This document shows, in pieces, positions 1 through 10,709 of a DNA stretch of 58,619 nt; positions within the stretch are counted from its first letter, which is position 1; every line of letters starts with the position of its first letter. The notes below the pieces were generated by a model. The model saw only the letters and a program-made list of their open reading frames with translations. It was not told the origin of the DNA and ran no database searches. Origin of the DNA: Phormidesmidales cyanobacterium (GTDB taxonomy: Bacteria; Cyanobacteriota; Cyanobacteriia; Phormidesmidales; Phormidesmidaceae); contig JBBQAC010000001.1 in assembly GCA_038315915.1 (NCBI GenBank), positions 1 to 58,619 on the forward strand. The letters run 5' to 3'. Both the position numbers and the translations under genes were made by a program.

Positions 1-224
1 ACTACCTCACCGTTGTTCCAAATCTCAACGTTTGCGAGCTGATGATTTTCTGGCCTTGGGATGCGTTTCCAGCCATCGTCAGTTCGTTCTTTCATCTCAA
101 GCGCATCGACCGGCCAGCGGTATTTGGAGCCGGTATTAAACGCTATCTCTAGCTCCCGGCTGTCAGGGATAAATTTACCTGCTATTGGTAGCACGCCTTG
201 CTGTATGTCTGTGCTCACGCTCAT
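1..224 (-). CDS. DUF2442-like putative antitoxin, partial (runs off window start)
   Basis: Open frame MSVSTDIQQGVLPIAGKF...ELEIAFNTGSKYRWPVDAL...QLANVEIWNNGEVV; ATG overlaps the TGA of the upstream DUF4160 gene (ATGA). Confidence 0.55.
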   Translation of the reverse strand, partial: MSVSTDIQQGVLPIAGKFIPDSRELEIAFNTGSKYRWPVDALEMKERTDDGWKRIPRPENHQLANVEIWNNGEV

Positions 225-490
225 CCGTGCATTTCCTCCCAAACCTTCTGCAATTGTCTCAGATTTTCGTTAACCAGCCGAATCGCTTTCTTTCTTAGTT
301 TAGCGTCCGAAGCAGCACGGCTGTGCTCCTCGCCCCTCACCAGCGTTGCTTCAGCCTTGGAAATATCTATTTTGACTTCAAACGCGCCTTTTCCTCGGCC
401 CTTTCTGACATGAACGTGAGCAGGCTGATGGTCGTTGGACAGAATGAAGAATCGAAATCCGTCAATTGGATCAATAGCTCTACCTGTCAC
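221..490 (-). CDS. DUF4160 family protein (putative toxin of a DUF4160/DUF2442 pair)
   Basis: GFRFFILSNDHQPAHVHVRKG motif; C-terminal 'QKVWEEMHG'. Confidence 0.75.
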   Translation of the reverse strand: MTGRAIDPIDGFRFFILSNDHQPAHVHVRKGRGKGAFEVKIDISKAEATLVRGEEHSRAASDAKLRKKAIRLVNENLRQLQKVWEEMHG

Positions 491-520
491 TGCGTCAGAC
501 CTCGAATGAATTGCTCAGGC

Positions 521-1624
521 TTAAACCGTTTCTGCGGTAGAGGCGGCCAGTTCTTCTAGCCTTTCCTGCTGATCCTGGGTAATGCAAGACTGCACAACCG
601 TTTCGATGTCGCCCTCTAAAATGCCGCTGAGGCCGAAATTCTGATTGAGCCGATGGTCGGTCATGCGGTTGTCTTTGTAGTTGTAGGTGCGGATTTTTTC
701 GGAGCGGGAGCCGGAGCCGACTTGCGATCGCCGCATCGAAGTAATCTCCGCCTGCTGCTCAGCGAGCTTCATTTCATATAGCTTGGCCCGCAGAATTTGC
801 ATGGCTCGCTCGCGGTTTTGGAGCTGTGATCGCTCCTCCGTGCAAAACACCCGAATGCCGGTAGGCTTGTGCATCAGGTCAACCGCCGTCTCCACCTTGT
901 TCACGTTCTGACCGCCCGCACCGCCAGACCGGGCCGTCGACATGTCAATATCCTTGGGGTCAATGTGAATTTCCACATCGTCCACTTCCGGCATCACCGC
1001 CACCGTCGCTGTCGAAGTATGCACCCGCCCGCCCGATTCAGTCATCGGCACTCGCTGCACCCGGTGAACGCCCGACTCAAACTTCAGCTTGCTATAAACC
1101 TGGTCGCCCTTCACTTCAAGAATGGCTTCTTTCACGCCACCCATATCTGCCCGCGACTCGCTGACCAAATGAGCCTTCCAGCCCTGCCCCTCCGCGTACC
1201 GGCTGTACAGACGCATCAGGTCACCCGCCCAAATGCCCGCCTCATCACCACCCGTCCCCGCGCGGATTTCTAACATGATGTTTTTGTCATCATTGGGATC
1301 TCTGGGCAGCAGCAGTACCTTCAGCCTGCTCTCTAGAAGTTCATCCTTTTCTTCTAGCTCAGCAACTTCAAGCCCGGCCATTTCGTGCATTTCTTCGTCG
1401 CTGACCGACTCCTTATACACTTCCTGAGCGCCCTTCAGCTCCTCCTGAAGCGCCTGCCACTGGCGATAGGTCATCACCGTCTCTTCTAGAGAGGCCCGGA
1501 GCTTCGCGATTTCTTGAAATTCATCAGGATTACTGGCCACATCAGGGTCGGCCATGCGGCGAGTGAGTTCAGTAAAGGTTTGCTCTACCGACGCCAGCTT
1601 TTTGAGTAAATAAGGTTCAGCCAT
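521..1624 (-). CDS. prfA: Peptide chain release factor 1
   Basis: GGQ motif ([11 protein letters not shown]), [16 protein letters not shown] (PxT). Confidence 0.97.
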   Translation of the reverse strand: MAEPYLLKKLASVEQTFTELTRRMADPDVASNPDEFQEIAKLRASLEETVMTYRQWQALQEELKGAQEVYKESVSDEEMHEMAGLEVAELEEKDELLESRLKVLLLPRDPNDDKNIMLEIRAGTGGDEAGIWAGDLMRLYSRYAEGQGWKAHLVSESRADMGGVKEAILEVKGDQVYSKLKFESGVHRVQRVPMTESGGRVHTSTATVAVMPEVDDVEIHIDPKDIDMSTARSGGAGGQNVNKVETAVDLMHKPTGIRVFCTEERSQLQNRERAMQILRAKLYEMKLAEQQAEITSMRRSQVGSGSRSEKIRTYNYKDNRMTDHRLNQNFGLSGILEGDIETVVQSCITQDQQERLEELAASTAETV

Positions 1625-1741
1625 CGTTTTTTACCAGAGTTGCGTTTGCTCAGAAGTCAGAAAAAATTCACTGCCAAAAAAATATCCGAGTAGCCTACCT
1701 ATAAAGGTCTGCCACCCGGAATGTTTAACGGAATAGAGTCG

Positions 1742-1990
1742 CTACTTCTTAGCGTCGCCTTCAGTCGCAGTATCGTCAGTCTCTTCGGACATGCCGTACT
1801 TACGCAGGAAGCGCTCAACGCGACCTTCGGTGTCAATAATTTTTTGCGTGCCAGTGTAGAAAGGGTGATTGCCCGACCACACGTCAACGCTCAGTTCGGG
1901 CTTGGTAGAGCCTACGGTCATGACCTGTTCGCCGTTGCAAAAGACTTTGGCCTCGGGGTACCACTTCGGATGAATATCAGCTTTTGGCAT
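1742..1990 (-). CDS. rpmE: 50S ribosomal protein L31
   Basis: MPKADIHPKWY...HPFYTG...DTEGRVERF. Confidence 0.97.
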   Translation of the reverse strand: MPKADIHPKWYPEAKVFCNGEQVMTVGSTKPELSVDVWSGNHPFYTGTQKIIDTEGRVERFLRKYGMSEETDDTATEGDAKK

Positions 1991-2028
1991 TGTTCTTGAG
2001 GGGATGGAGATGTGTTGAGATTAGAAAA

Positions 2029-2436
2029 TTAACGCTTCGAGAACTGACCTGCCTTGCGGGCTTTCTTCAGGCCGTACTTCTTACGCTCTTTCTGACGGGG
2101 ATCACGGGTCAGGTAGCCCTCAGTTTTTAGAGGCATCCGGTTGTCAGGATCCAGAACGCAGAGTGCTCTAGCGACGCCTAGCTTGATCGAATCGGCTTGG
2201 CCGGTGAGTCCGCCACCGCGTACGTTGACTAGAATGTCGTACTCGCCTTCTAACCCCAGCGTTTCTAGCGGGGCTTTGGCAGCAGTTAAATAGGCGGCGT
2301 TGGCCTGAAGGTATTCCTCACCCGGCTTTTTATTAATCGTCAGACTGCCGTTACCAGGAATCAGGCGAACCCTGGCGACTGAGGACTTGCGACGGCCAGT
2401 GCCCCAGTAAATAGCGCGATCAGATTGTTCAGCCAT
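2029..2436 (-). CDS. rpsI: 30S ribosomal protein S9
   Basis: [12 protein letters not shown]...[19 protein letters not shown]. Confidence 0.98.
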   Translation of the reverse strand: MAEQSDRAIYWGTGRRKSSVARVRLIPGNGSLTINKKPGEEYLQANAAYLTAAKAPLETLGLEGEYDILVNVRGGGLTGQADSIKLGVARALCVLDPDNRMPLKTEGYLTRDPRQKERKKYGLKKARKAGQFSKR

Positions 2437-2439
2437 GGA

Positions 2440-2895
2440 TTAGTTACCTCCGGGAGTGGTGTTAACGGTCAGTACTTGGGGGTTTTGAGAAGCGTGCGGG
2501 TGATTGGGCCCGGCGTACACTTTGAGCTTGGTGAAGAGCTTACGGCCCAAAGCATTCTTGGGCAGCATTCCTTTGACGGCTTTCTCCAGGATGCGCTCAG
2601 GAATGCGATTTTTGAGCTGGTCAAATGTCTCGGTCTTCATTCCGCCAGGACGGCCAGAATGACGGCGGTAAAGCTTTTGAGAATTCTTGTTGCCAGTGAC
2701 GGCCACCTTTTCAGCATTGACGATGATGACGAAGTCGCCTGTGTCCATATGCGGCGCGTAGTTGGGCTTTTTCTTGCCTCGCAGCACCTGCGCAATCTCA
2801 GTTGCGAGCCGACCTAAACGCTGATCGGCGGCATCTACCACATACCAATCGCGTTCGATTTCATTAACAGGAGTAAGGGTAGTTTTAGTAGACAT
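2440..2895 (-). CDS. rplM: 50S ribosomal protein L13
   Basis: WYVVDA...[16 protein letters not shown]...[11 protein letters not shown]. Confidence 0.98.
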   Translation of the reverse strand: MSTKTTLTPVNEIERDWYVVDAADQRLGRLATEIAQVLRGKKKPNYAPHMDTGDFVIIVNAEKVAVTGNKNSQKLYRRHSGRPGGMKTETFDQLKNRIPERILEKAVKGMLPKNALGRKLFTKLKVYAGPNHPHASQNPQVLTVNTTPGGN

Positions 2896-2966
2896 AGCGG
2901 TTACCGTGAATCATTGATTGTCTGAAAGACAAGAGCGAGTAAGGAAGTCACTGATCAGCAGTGGCG

Positions 2967-3839
2967 TTAGACACTGAAATCGGTGGAGAGTGAAAACTGA
3001 GGCTGAGTGTCGACCCAAGCCTCGGGGGGGAAGGGAAAGTCTGCGTAGCCCACCCGCAGCAGACACAGCCCTTGGGGGGGAGCAGAATATTTTACCAAAT
3101 CGCGGCGCTGATTTTGCCAGATGGCGGTAAAACCTTCGGGGGATAGCTGCTGTCGCCCGACCTGAACAATCAGGCCCATGATCAGGCGCACCATGCCGTA
3201 CAAAAAGCCCTTTGCCTGTAGCTCAACCCGCACAAAGTGACCTGAGCGATCGCATTTTACCGCCTGCATTTCCACCCAGGAGTGAGCCCTATCTGAGCCA
3301 GCGCGATGAAACGCGGCCAAGTTATGATAGCCCACTATGGGAGTCAGTGCGGCCAGCATCAGGCTTTCATCCAGCGGCTGATAGTAGTAGTGCCAGACAT
3401 AGGGCTGAACGAACAGGTTGGGGTAGCGACCGGTATAAAAGGTGTAGCGGTATCTGCGCCATTCCGCTGAAAACTGAGCGTGCCAGCGGTCAGCGACAGA
3501 AGCAGAAGCGCGAATCACAATGTCGTCACCGGGCAGTCGGTCGTTGAGAATGGCAGCCCATCGCGCTGCCGGAATGACGATGGGAGCTTCAAAATGAGCT
3601 ACCTGAGCAGCAGCATGGACACCGGCGTCGGTGCGGCCTGCACCCTGGAGGGTTACCGGCTGGGTGAGGATGGTGGCGATCGCCGCCTCAATCTCTGCCT
3701 GTACCGTTCGTTCCTGAGTCTGACGCTGCCAGCCATGAAACGCAGTACCCCTGTACTGAATTATCAGGACGACCCGCTGCCACTGATCACCAGGCGCATT
3801 TGCCAGTTGATGAGAGAGCTTCGCCGCGCGGCCAGCCAT
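2967..3839 (-). CDS. truA: tRNA pseudouridine(38-40) synthase
   Basis: GAGRTDAGVHA catalytic motif, FLYGMVR, conserved position after rplQ. Confidence 0.96.
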   Translation of the reverse strand: MAGRAAKLSHQLANAPGDQWQRVVLIIQYRGTAFHGWQRQTQERTVQAEIEAAIATILTQPVTLQGAGRTDAGVHAAAQVAHFEAPIVIPAARWAAILNDRLPGDDIVIRASASVADRWHAQFSAEWRRYRYTFYTGRYPNLFVQPYVWHYYYQPLDESLMLAALTPIVGYHNLAAFHRAGSDRAHSWVEMQAVKCDRSGHFVRVELQAKGFLYGMVRLIMGLIVQVGRQQLSPEGFTAIWQNQRRDLVKYSAPPQGLCLLRVGYADFPFPPEAWVDTQPQFSLSTDFSV

Positions 3840-3854
3840 CAGCGCCCAAACCCA

Positions 3855-4205
3855 CTAGGTGAGTTCAATGATAGCCATGCGCGCATTGTCACCTCGTCTG
3901 CTGACCGTGCGCACAATGCGAGTGTAGCCACCCTCACGATCCGCGTACCGACCAGGTGCCTCTTCAAACAAGGCATGAACTAGCTGCTTGTCGTAGATGT
4001 AGCCCATCGCTCTGCGACGAGCAGAGAGTGAGCCATCTTTAGCCAGCGTCACCATGCGCTCAGCTTCAGAGCGAATTGCCTTCGCTCTAACTTCAGTCGT
4101 TTTGATCCGACCGTTTCGCATCAGCTCAGTAGTAAGCGCTCTCATCAAGGCTTTACGCTGATCGGCAGCTTTGCCTAACTTCGGTACACGACAACCATGT
4201 CGCAT
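3855..4205 (-). CDS. rplQ: 50S ribosomal protein L17
   Basis: [11 protein letters not shown]...GGYTRI...[13 protein letters not shown]. Confidence 0.98.
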   Translation of the reverse strand: MRHGCRVPKLGKAADQRKALMRALTTELMRNGRIKTTEVRAKAIRSEAERMVTLAKDGSLSARRRAMGYIYDKQLVHALFEEAPGRYADREGGYTRIVRTVSRRGDNARMAIIELT

Positions 4206-4244
4206 GAATTTTCCTCCTTCCTAAACAATCTAAACAGTTGATGG

Positions 4245-5189
4245 CTACGCAGGCTTCGCCGTTTTCTCTAGCGGTAGCATAATGCCGAGATGTACTTGCA
4301 AAGCCTCAACGACCTCTTCAGCCGACTTTTGACCAAAGTTTTTGATCTCTAGCAGGTCTTCTTGGCTATAGTCGAGCAGGTCAGAAACGGCGTTGATTTG
4401 CGCTCGCTTCAGGCAGTTATAGGCTCGCACCGATAGCTGTAGCTCTTCAATCGGAATCTGATAGGTCGGATCTTCTTCCTTCGTATCTTCATCTCGCTTG
4501 GGTTCTAGCGTGACATCCTTGAGCGGGTTGAACATGTCAACCAGCAGCGCCGCCGCTTCGCTCATAGCCTGCTGCGCGGTCAGGCTACCGTTTGTCCAAA
4601 TCTCCATCATCAGGCGGTCTTTAAAGTCGCCTGATGCGTCAATAAAGTTCTCAACGCTGTAGTTAACCTTCCGCACTGGCATGAAAACCGCATCGATTTG
4701 CATGAAATCGACGCCACCAGTTTCCTCACGGCTGCGGTCAATGGCGCGATAGCCTTTGCCCTTTTCAATCCGGAATTCCATTTCCAGCGTGTGGCCCGCT
4801 GACACCGCTGCGATGTACTGATCGGAGCTAATCAAATCAACCTCGGACGGCAGGTCGAAGTCGCTCGCCGTTACCTTAGCAGGCCCCTGAACGACCATCC
4901 GACCAATCTGAGGCTGAGACGAATAACTTTTCATCACCGTCTCTTTCATATTCAGCAAGATATCGAGGACATCTTCCCGAACACCTGGAATTGTTGAAAA
5001 CTCATGGCTAGCACCCGCGATTCGCACAGAGGTGACCGCCGTCCCTTCCAAATTAGAAAGCAACACCCGACGCAAGGCGTTGCCAACGGTGGTTCCCTGG
5101 CTACGCTCTAGCGGCTCGATTATGAACCGGCTGTATTGACTTTGATCATCGTCAATAATGGATTCTACGCAATTAACTTGAAATACCAT
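4245..5189 (-). CDS. rpoA: RNA polymerase alpha subunit
   Basis: GTTVGNALRRVLLS; alpha-CTD LSVRAYNCLKRAQI, NFGQKS. Confidence 0.98.
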   Translation of the reverse strand: MVFQVNCVESIIDDDQSQYSRFIIEPLERSQGTTVGNALRRVLLSNLEGTAVTSVRIAGASHEFSTIPGVREDVLDILLNMKETVMKSYSSQPQIGRMVVQGPAKVTASDFDLPSEVDLISSDQYIAAVSAGHTLEMEFRIEKGKGYRAIDRSREETGGVDFMQIDAVFMPVRKVNYSVENFIDASGDFKDRLMMEIWTNGSLTAQQAMSEAAALLVDMFNPLKDVTLEPKRDEDTKEEDPTYQIPIEELQLSVRAYNCLKRAQINAVSDLLDYSQEDLLEIKNFGQKSAEEVVEALQVHLGIMLPLEKTAKPA

Positions 5190-5261
5190 TCACTAACCTC
5201 TCTCTTTGCTCAACTGGCCTAATACGACTGGCCTGACAATGGCTCAATAAAAATAAATGCT

Positions 5262-5654
5262 CTAGACGCGGCGACGCTTGGGTGGACGGCAACCATTATG
5301 GGGAATCGGCGTCACATCTCGAATGAGGGTGATTTCAAGACCGGCCCCTTGCAACGCCCGAATCGCCGTTTCACGGCCAGACCCTGGGCCACTTACCTGC
5401 ACTTCACACTGACGCATACCCTGATCAATCGCTCGACGCGCTGCCCCATCAGCCGCAGTCTGCGCAGCAAAGGGTGTGCCTTTTTTGGCCCCCTTAAATC
5501 CGCTGGAGCCCGCAGAAGCCCAAGAAACCGCGTTGCCACTAGCGTCGGTAATCGTGACGATAGTGTTATTGAATGTGGATTGGATATGTGCAATCCCGTT
5601 GGGAATGTTTTTCTTCTGCTTACGAGGGCCGGTCTTTCTAACTGGTTTTGCCAT
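5262..5654 (-). CDS. rpsK: 30S ribosomal protein S11
   Basis: [12 protein letters not shown]...[18 protein letters not shown]. Confidence 0.98.
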   Translation of the reverse strand: MAKPVRKTGPRKQKKNIPNGIAHIQSTFNNTIVTITDASGNAVSWASAGSSGFKGAKKGTPFAAQTAADGAARRAIDQGMRQCEVQVSGPGSGRETAIRALQGAGLEITLIRDVTPIPHNGCRPPKRRRV

Positions 5655-5751
5655 ATGTCTAGTGATCCAAGTTGTCCAAGGGGTGAGTGAGGGTGAATGT
5701 TTGGGGTTGATGCTGAGGCCAGCACTGGGGAATTGCGGTGGCCCTCAGGCG

Positions 5752-6132
5752 TTACTTACGGGGGGGCTTTTTCTTACCGGCGATCGTCCGCTTGCCGCTG
5801 CGACGAGTGCGGCTGTTCGTGCGGGTGCGCTGGCCGCGTACGGGCAGACCCGCTCGGTGACGACGGCCCCTGTAGCAACCGATATCCATCAGCCGCTTGA
5901 TATTCATGTTCACCTGACGACGTAAGTCACCTTCAATCAGGTAATCGCCTTCGACGGCTTCTCTGAGCTTGATGGTGTCCGCATCGGTCAGATCCTTGAC
6001 GCGAACGTCAGGATCTACGCCCGTTTTCTCAAGAATTTGTTGAGAACGACTGAGGCCGACCCCGTAAATGTAGGTCAGGCCAATCTCGATTCGCTTGTCT
6101 CTTGGCAGGTCAACGCCCGCAATCCGTGCCAC
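5752..6132 (-). CDS. rpsM: 30S ribosomal protein S13
   Basis: [10 protein letters not shown]...[11 protein letters not shown]; GTG start. Confidence 0.98.
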   Translation of the reverse strand: MARIAGVDLPRDKRIEIGLTYIYGVGLSRSQQILEKTGVDPDVRVKDLTDADTIKLREAVEGDYLIEGDLRRQVNMNIKRLMDIGCYRGRRHRAGLPVRGQRTRTNSRTRRSGKRTIAGKKKPPRK

Positions 6133-6276
6133 TAATTATCTCTCCCTCGTTTTGTCTATTCACACTAAATCTGCTCGTGCTAGTGACGAACAGACAGGCT
6201 TAAATATTTTAGCTACTAACTCTGAAGGTCACTATTTGCAACCTTTTTCGTGATGAAACGTCGTTGCTCGTTACCA

Positions 6277-6390
6277 CTAACCCTGACGCTGCTTGTGCTT
6301 AGGGTTAGGGCAAATGACCATTACCCGACCGCGACGGCGGATAACACGACACTTTTCACACATTTTTTTGACTGATGCGCGGACTTTCAT
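6277..6390 (-). CDS. rpmJ: 50S ribosomal protein L36
   Basis: [37 protein letters not shown]; true ATG at 6390 inside the longer listed ORF. Confidence 0.97.
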   Translation of the reverse strand: MKVRASVKKMCEKCRVIRRRGRVMVICPNPKHKQRQG

Positions 6391-6427
6391 GTCCCACCAA
6401 ATTTGTTGTTTACTACACAGATTTGCA

Positions 6428-6456
6428 ATCCTAGCAAAGATCTCTACAACTATCAA
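6428..6456 (-). promoter_or_regulatory. Putative sigma70 promoter for the rpmJ-prfA block
   Basis: Minus strand TTGATA-N17-TAGGAT with TG extended -10, about 35 nt upstream of the rpmJ ATG. Confidence 0.45.
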
Positions 6457-6513
6457 ACATATTGTCAAGATCTTTGCATAGGATCGGACGCAACTGTCAC
6501 GCAAAGGGGTTGT

Positions 6514-6918
6514 TTAGGCTCCTCGGCTCAGAGCGGCTTCGACCTGCTTAAACTCTTGCTCAAGGCGGTCTTGTAGCTTCTGGGGCACCGGGCGATTGGG
6601 ATAGGAGCTATAGTGGCCGGCCAATGCGTTGAGCGCAGTGCGCATTGTCGCAAAAGAGCTTCGGTTAGAAACGGCATCATCTCGGCGGTAGCGAGAAGCA
6701 AAGTCGTTGATTTTTTGCTTGGCTTCGTTTTGCAACTCTATTTTATCAGGGGCGTCTCCGGGAATTGAGATGGAATCTCTGAGGCTGTCAATCAGCGCAA
6801 TCGTGTCATCGTTGTAGTTACCACTAAGACCGTTGGTCGGCCCTACAGCGCTACAGCCAGTCAGGCCAATAACGGCGACCAGCATCAGAGCAAACAGGCG
6901 GGACAGTAAGCTTTTCAT
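6514..6918 (-). CDS. psb27: Photosystem II assembly lipoprotein Psb27
   Basis: Lipobox LTGC; SFATMRTALNALAGHYSSYPNRPVP; start taken at MKSLLSR. Confidence 0.93.
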   Translation of the reverse strand: MKSLLSRLFALMLVAVIGLTGCSAVGPTNGLSGNYNDDTIALIDSLRDSISIPGDAPDKIELQNEAKQKINDFASRYRRDDAVSNRSSFATMRTALNALAGHYSSYPNRPVPQKLQDRLEQEFKQVEAALSRGA

Positions 6919-7085
6919 AGGGAAACAGGAGGTTGGCGAATGGGCGGGATGGCAGCTAGGCGAAGGCAAACGTACACATCCCTAAAGCTGCGAATGTGAT
7001 TCAGTATCTTATCTGAATGAGGGTCTGCAAGAATAGCCCTCTAAGGATAGTGATCCCCGAGGGCCGCAGCCACGTTACCTCTTTC

Positions 7086-9044
7086 TCAAGCAGGATAAAT
7101 CCGCAACCGCCGGTTGGGTTCATCGCCAAAGCTCATGGATTTGAGCCGGTAGTGCTCGGCAAGCTCGTGCTGCATTTTACGGATTTTGGGCGATCGCGGC
7201 AGCAACTCCACCGGCTGACTTTTGGGGATCACAATCTGCTCGACCGCGAGCCGCGCTTCTTCTAGGGCCTCTAGCTCATCGTCTGCGCCGCTGCGAGAAA
7301 ATAAGTCTAGATTGATCGCTTCGGCTGATTCGCCGTCGTCGTCGAGATCGAGTACGCGCCGCAGCGAGCGAGTAATCTGCGGGATGCTGTTGGATTTGAC
7401 GGTGTAGACGGGCACCTGATGAGCCTGAGCGATTTGCTTGAGCTTGGCGTGATTTTTGAGGTGCGATCGCAGCGCTAGCACCGCATCGGCAGAGCCCAGG
7501 TCTTTGGTAAACTTCACCGGTAGGGACAGCGTTCGCACGACGTGATCGAGCTGCTGACGGCTGATCCCGTAGGCGTAGATCCGGGTGGCCTCGCTGTCTT
7601 CTTCCTCAATTAGGTTTTCCACCTGCGCTGAGCGATCGCCCGGCAGCGGTAGCTGAGCGAGCGATTCATTCAGCAGAGACTGAAAGCGCTGCTGCTCATC
7701 GAATATCACTGAAGGACGGCTGGCTCGCTTGCCAAACGAGTCAGAACCCAGTGGCTTCATCCGGCCAGAGGATCGCCAGCCGCCTTGACCGGAGCTTGGA
7801 GTGGATTGGGGCGATCGCAGACTCCCCGGACTCAACTGCCCCCGCCGATTCGACCTGAGCGCTGGCGCTATTAGCCCAGACTGACTCGGCAGTTCATTGG
7901 TGATTGTCACCTGGTTATCCTCGCCCAGTTCCCTCACCTGCTGCTCCGGCACTCGCCCCCGTAGCAGGTAGTCAACGGTATCAGACACATCTTCGTGCAC
8001 TACCCACCGCTGGCGCTCGTGCATCTCCACAGCAATATCAAAAGTGGGCGGGGCTTTGCGCTCTAGCACACTCTTTTGGCTACCGCGCCTGCGGGCCTCA
8101 TCGTCGCCCAGCGTCACCGATTGGATGCCACCTACCAGATCCGACAGGGTCGGGTTCTTAATCAGATTTTCCAGACGATTGCCGTGAGCTGTGCCAACCA
8201 GTTGAACGCCTCGCTCGGCGATGGTACGAGCGGCGAGCGCTTCCAATTCGGTGCCGATTTCGTCGATCACGATGACTTCCGGCATGTGATTTTCTACTGC
8301 TTCGATCATCACCTGATGCTGCTGTTCAGGGCGCGCGACCTGCATTCGCCGGGCTCTACCAATGGCCGGATGCGGAATATCGCCATCGCCTGCGATTTCG
8401 TTAGAAGTATCGATAATCACGACTCGCTTCATCAGGTCGTCGGCCAGCACCCGCGCAATTTCTCTGAGCGCAGTGGTCTTCCCGACGCCCGGTCGGCCCA
8501 GCATGAGGATAGACCCACCCGTTTCGACCAGGTCGCGAATCATCCCGATGGTGCCAAAGACAGCACGACCCACCCGGCAGGTCAGCCCGATGACTTCACC
8601 AGCCCGGTTGCGCATGGCGCTAATTCGGTGCAAAGTTTTCTCTAGCCCAGCCCGGTTATCTCCACCGAAATGACCGACCCGGTCGATGCAGTGCTGCAAG
8701 TCGGCTTTTGACACGGGCGTTTCAGAAAGGTACTCCACAGCGTCAGAAAACCGCGCTTCCGGCTGACGGCCCAGATCTAAAATGACCTCAATGAGCTGGT
8801 CGCGGCGAGGATGTTCGCTCAGAGGGGCGCGAATGTAGGCAGGTAAAATGGCTAATAGCTGAGGCAGGTCGTCGGTGATGTCCGGAGGCACTAAATTGAT
8901 CGGCGCGGACTCTGCATGGGAGTTATTCGAGGGAGGAGACGTTGCAGGCTCTGTCGAAGGGACACTTTCAAACAAGTGGTCGTCAAAACTCGGCATAGAG
9001 AACGAATGAGGAGAAAGAATATCGTCAGAAAGACGCTTGAGCAT
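7086..9044 (-). CDS. Ycf45-like AAA ATPase (SpoIIIAA-like) with C-terminal R3H domain
   Basis: Walker A GRPGVGKT, IVIDEIG, C-terminal RKMQHELAEHY (R3H). Confidence 0.9.
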   Translation of the reverse strand: MLKRLSDDILSPHSFSMPSFDDHLFESVPSTEPATSPPSNNSHAESAPINLVPPDITDDLPQLLAILPAYIRAPLSEHPRRDQLIEVILDLGRQPEARFSDAVEYLSETPVSKADLQHCIDRVGHFGGDNRAGLEKTLHRISAMRNRAGEVIGLTCRVGRAVFGTIGMIRDLVETGGSILMLGRPGVGKTTALREIARVLADDLMKRVVIIDTSNEIAGDGDIPHPAIGRARRMQVARPEQQHQVMIEAVENHMPEVIVIDEIGTELEALAARTIAERGVQLVGTAHGNRLENLIKNPTLSDLVGGIQSVTLGDDEARRRGSQKSVLERKAPPTFDIAVEMHERQRWVVHEDVSDTVDYLLRGRVPEQQVRELGEDNQVTITNELPSQSGLIAPALRSNRRGQLSPGSLRSPQSTPSSGQGGWRSSGRMKPLGSDSFGKRASRPSVIFDEQQRFQSLLNESLAQLPLPGDRSAQVENLIEEEDSEATRIYAYGISRQQLDHVVRTLSLPVKFTKDLGSADAVLALRSHLKNHAKLKQIAQAHQVPVYTVKSNSIPQITRSLRRVLDLDDDGESAEAINLDLFSRSGADDELEALEEARLAVEQIVIPKSQPVELLPRSPKIRKMQHELAEHYRLKSMSFGDEPNRRLRIYPA

Positions 9045-9084
9045 TGGTCGACCCCCGCAGCAGAGAGAGCAGTTAAGCGCTCTG

Positions 9085-10173
9085 CTATTGAGTATTGACG
9101 GCTTGCTTTAAAGGCTCTACTAAAGATTCAGCTAGCGCCACTGCCTTCCATAACGTTGAGGGGACTTCTTCAAGATAAAGGGTTTGCTCAATAAGTGGCA
9201 TTAATAAACGCCGAGCAAAGCTCCCGTAGGCGATCCCTGCGACCGCGCGACGCCTTTTTAGATCATCTTTTAGGGGGTTATTTAACATTTCTAAAGCGCG
9301 TAGTTTTGGCACGGTATGTTGATTGGTTCCGCCTGCAAGCTGCACGTAGCCTGAGAGGTCTGAAGCAAGCACTTTTTGCGCCAAGCGAATAGCCGCGTGG
9401 GTGGTGCCTTTACCAATGTCACCACTCATGGGGCGTCCGTCTGTCTGCCACATTACATTCGGTGGGCGATCGCCAGGACAGGTCAAGATGCGCTGTAAAT
9501 CTTGCAGGTAGCCGATTAGTCCGGGAGCATCTGGGCAGCTAATCGAAATTAACTTGAGCTGTCCTGCCTGGGGCTGAAGGCGCTGCCACAAATGCTCGAC
9601 AGCAGCGGACTGACCTACCTGAGTGTGAATTTCCAAGGCGTCGGCAGCGGTAAGTATTTGGTGAGCGGTGCTGGGTTCAGTCGGCTGCGATCGCGCCTCG
9701 ATCAGCCCCCAAGGACACAGCGGTAAACAGCGCCCACAGCCATAGCAGAGATCGCGAATGACGCCAGTACGGTCAATCGCGTCCGCCGGACAAACCTTTT
9801 CACAAGGGCGCAAGCAGTCTGCTGGACAAATCTCTGGATTAAACCAGGCTTTGCGAAAGTGCGGATCTTCGCCAGCACTCATGCTGACCATCAGCCAGGG
9901 TCTCCGGTAGGGGTGACCCACACGTTCCCCAGCAATTTTTTCAGCCGCTGCCAGCCCAGCCTTCGCCGCCGCCACCACAGCCGGATCGGCGGCAACATCA
10001 ATGCAGTCTGCGCCCGCCAGGGCATAGGCCAGCGTTAAGTTTCTCACTGCTGGCAGGGCTTGATAGCTCGCCCCACAAATCAGCTTGAACCAGTGCCCCG
10101 CCTGAAGTGAATGCAGGGGCGCTGTATGCGCTGTAAAGGGGGCGATATTTGGGGTCACATCAGAGGATTTCAC
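9085..10173 (-). CDS. ldpA: Circadian input Fe-S protein LdpA
   Basis: WFKLICGAS, 4Fe-4S motifs CPADCLRPCEKVCP and CYGCGRCLPLCP, DGRPMSGDIG; next to ndhN. Confidence 0.92.
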   Translation of the reverse strand: MKSSDVTPNIAPFTAHTAPLHSLQAGHWFKLICGASYQALPAVRNLTLAYALAGADCIDVAADPAVVAAAKAGLAAAEKIAGERVGHPYRRPWLMVSMSAGEDPHFRKAWFNPEICPADCLRPCEKVCPADAIDRTGVIRDLCYGCGRCLPLCPWGLIEARSQPTEPSTAHQILTAADALEIHTQVGQSAAVEHLWQRLQPQAGQLKLISISCPDAPGLIGYLQDLQRILTCPGDRPPNVMWQTDGRPMSGDIGKGTTHAAIRLAQKVLASDLSGYVQLAGGTNQHTVPKLRALEMLNNPLKDDLKRRRAVAGIAYGSFARRLLMPLIEQTLYLEEVPSTLWKAVALAESLVEPLKQAVNTQ

Positions 10174-10238
10174 GCCCCCATGCTATCGAAAATCCAGGGC
10201 TATCGAAAATTCAGGCGGTTTAACCCTGAACTGAGTCG

Positions 10239-10709
10239 CTACGCAGCGACGACGATTTCCTGCAAAGGGAACCAGGTGAAGGAGCGCTCTCCGCCGACTT
10301 CTACTACCACCTTGACCCGGGGCTCAATCGTAGGCAGCGTCGTCAAAAACTCAATTTCATCGTTCGATAAGATATGTCCTTCTATTAGCCAGAGCAGTAA
10401 TCCTTTGGATTTTGGCTGAAGGGCCTCCAACCGATAGCTCACAATCGGCGGAATGAAGTAGCGATCGCCCGTTGCTGAATTTTCCATATTCTTTTTGCCC
10501 AGGTGAGGCGGACGCACCCCGTGCACATCTAGTAAATAGGCAGAAAGATCGCCTAGTCCCCTAGCCGACATATACGCGCACTCGTAGCCGGCAGTGCGTA
10601 CCCGTCGCCGGTAGCGGCCCTCATGCCCGCCTTCTAAGGGCATCCGAACGCCCAGCGCACCGGCTTTTTCTAGATCGCGGGTGAATTTGTTAAATGCAAG
10701 CAGTGCCAT
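10239..10709 (-). CDS. ndhN: NAD(P)H-quinone oxidoreductase subunit N
   Basis: PLEGGHEGRYRRR...SARGLGDL...HGVRPPHLGK. Confidence 0.95.
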   Translation of the reverse strand: MALLAFNKFTRDLEKAGALGVRMPLEGGHEGRYRRRVRTAGYECAYMSARGLGDLSAYLLDVHGVRPPHLGKKNMENSATGDRYFIPPIVSYRLEALQPKSKGLLLWLIEGHILSNDEIEFLTTLPTIEPRVKVVVEVGGERSFTWFPLQEIVVAA

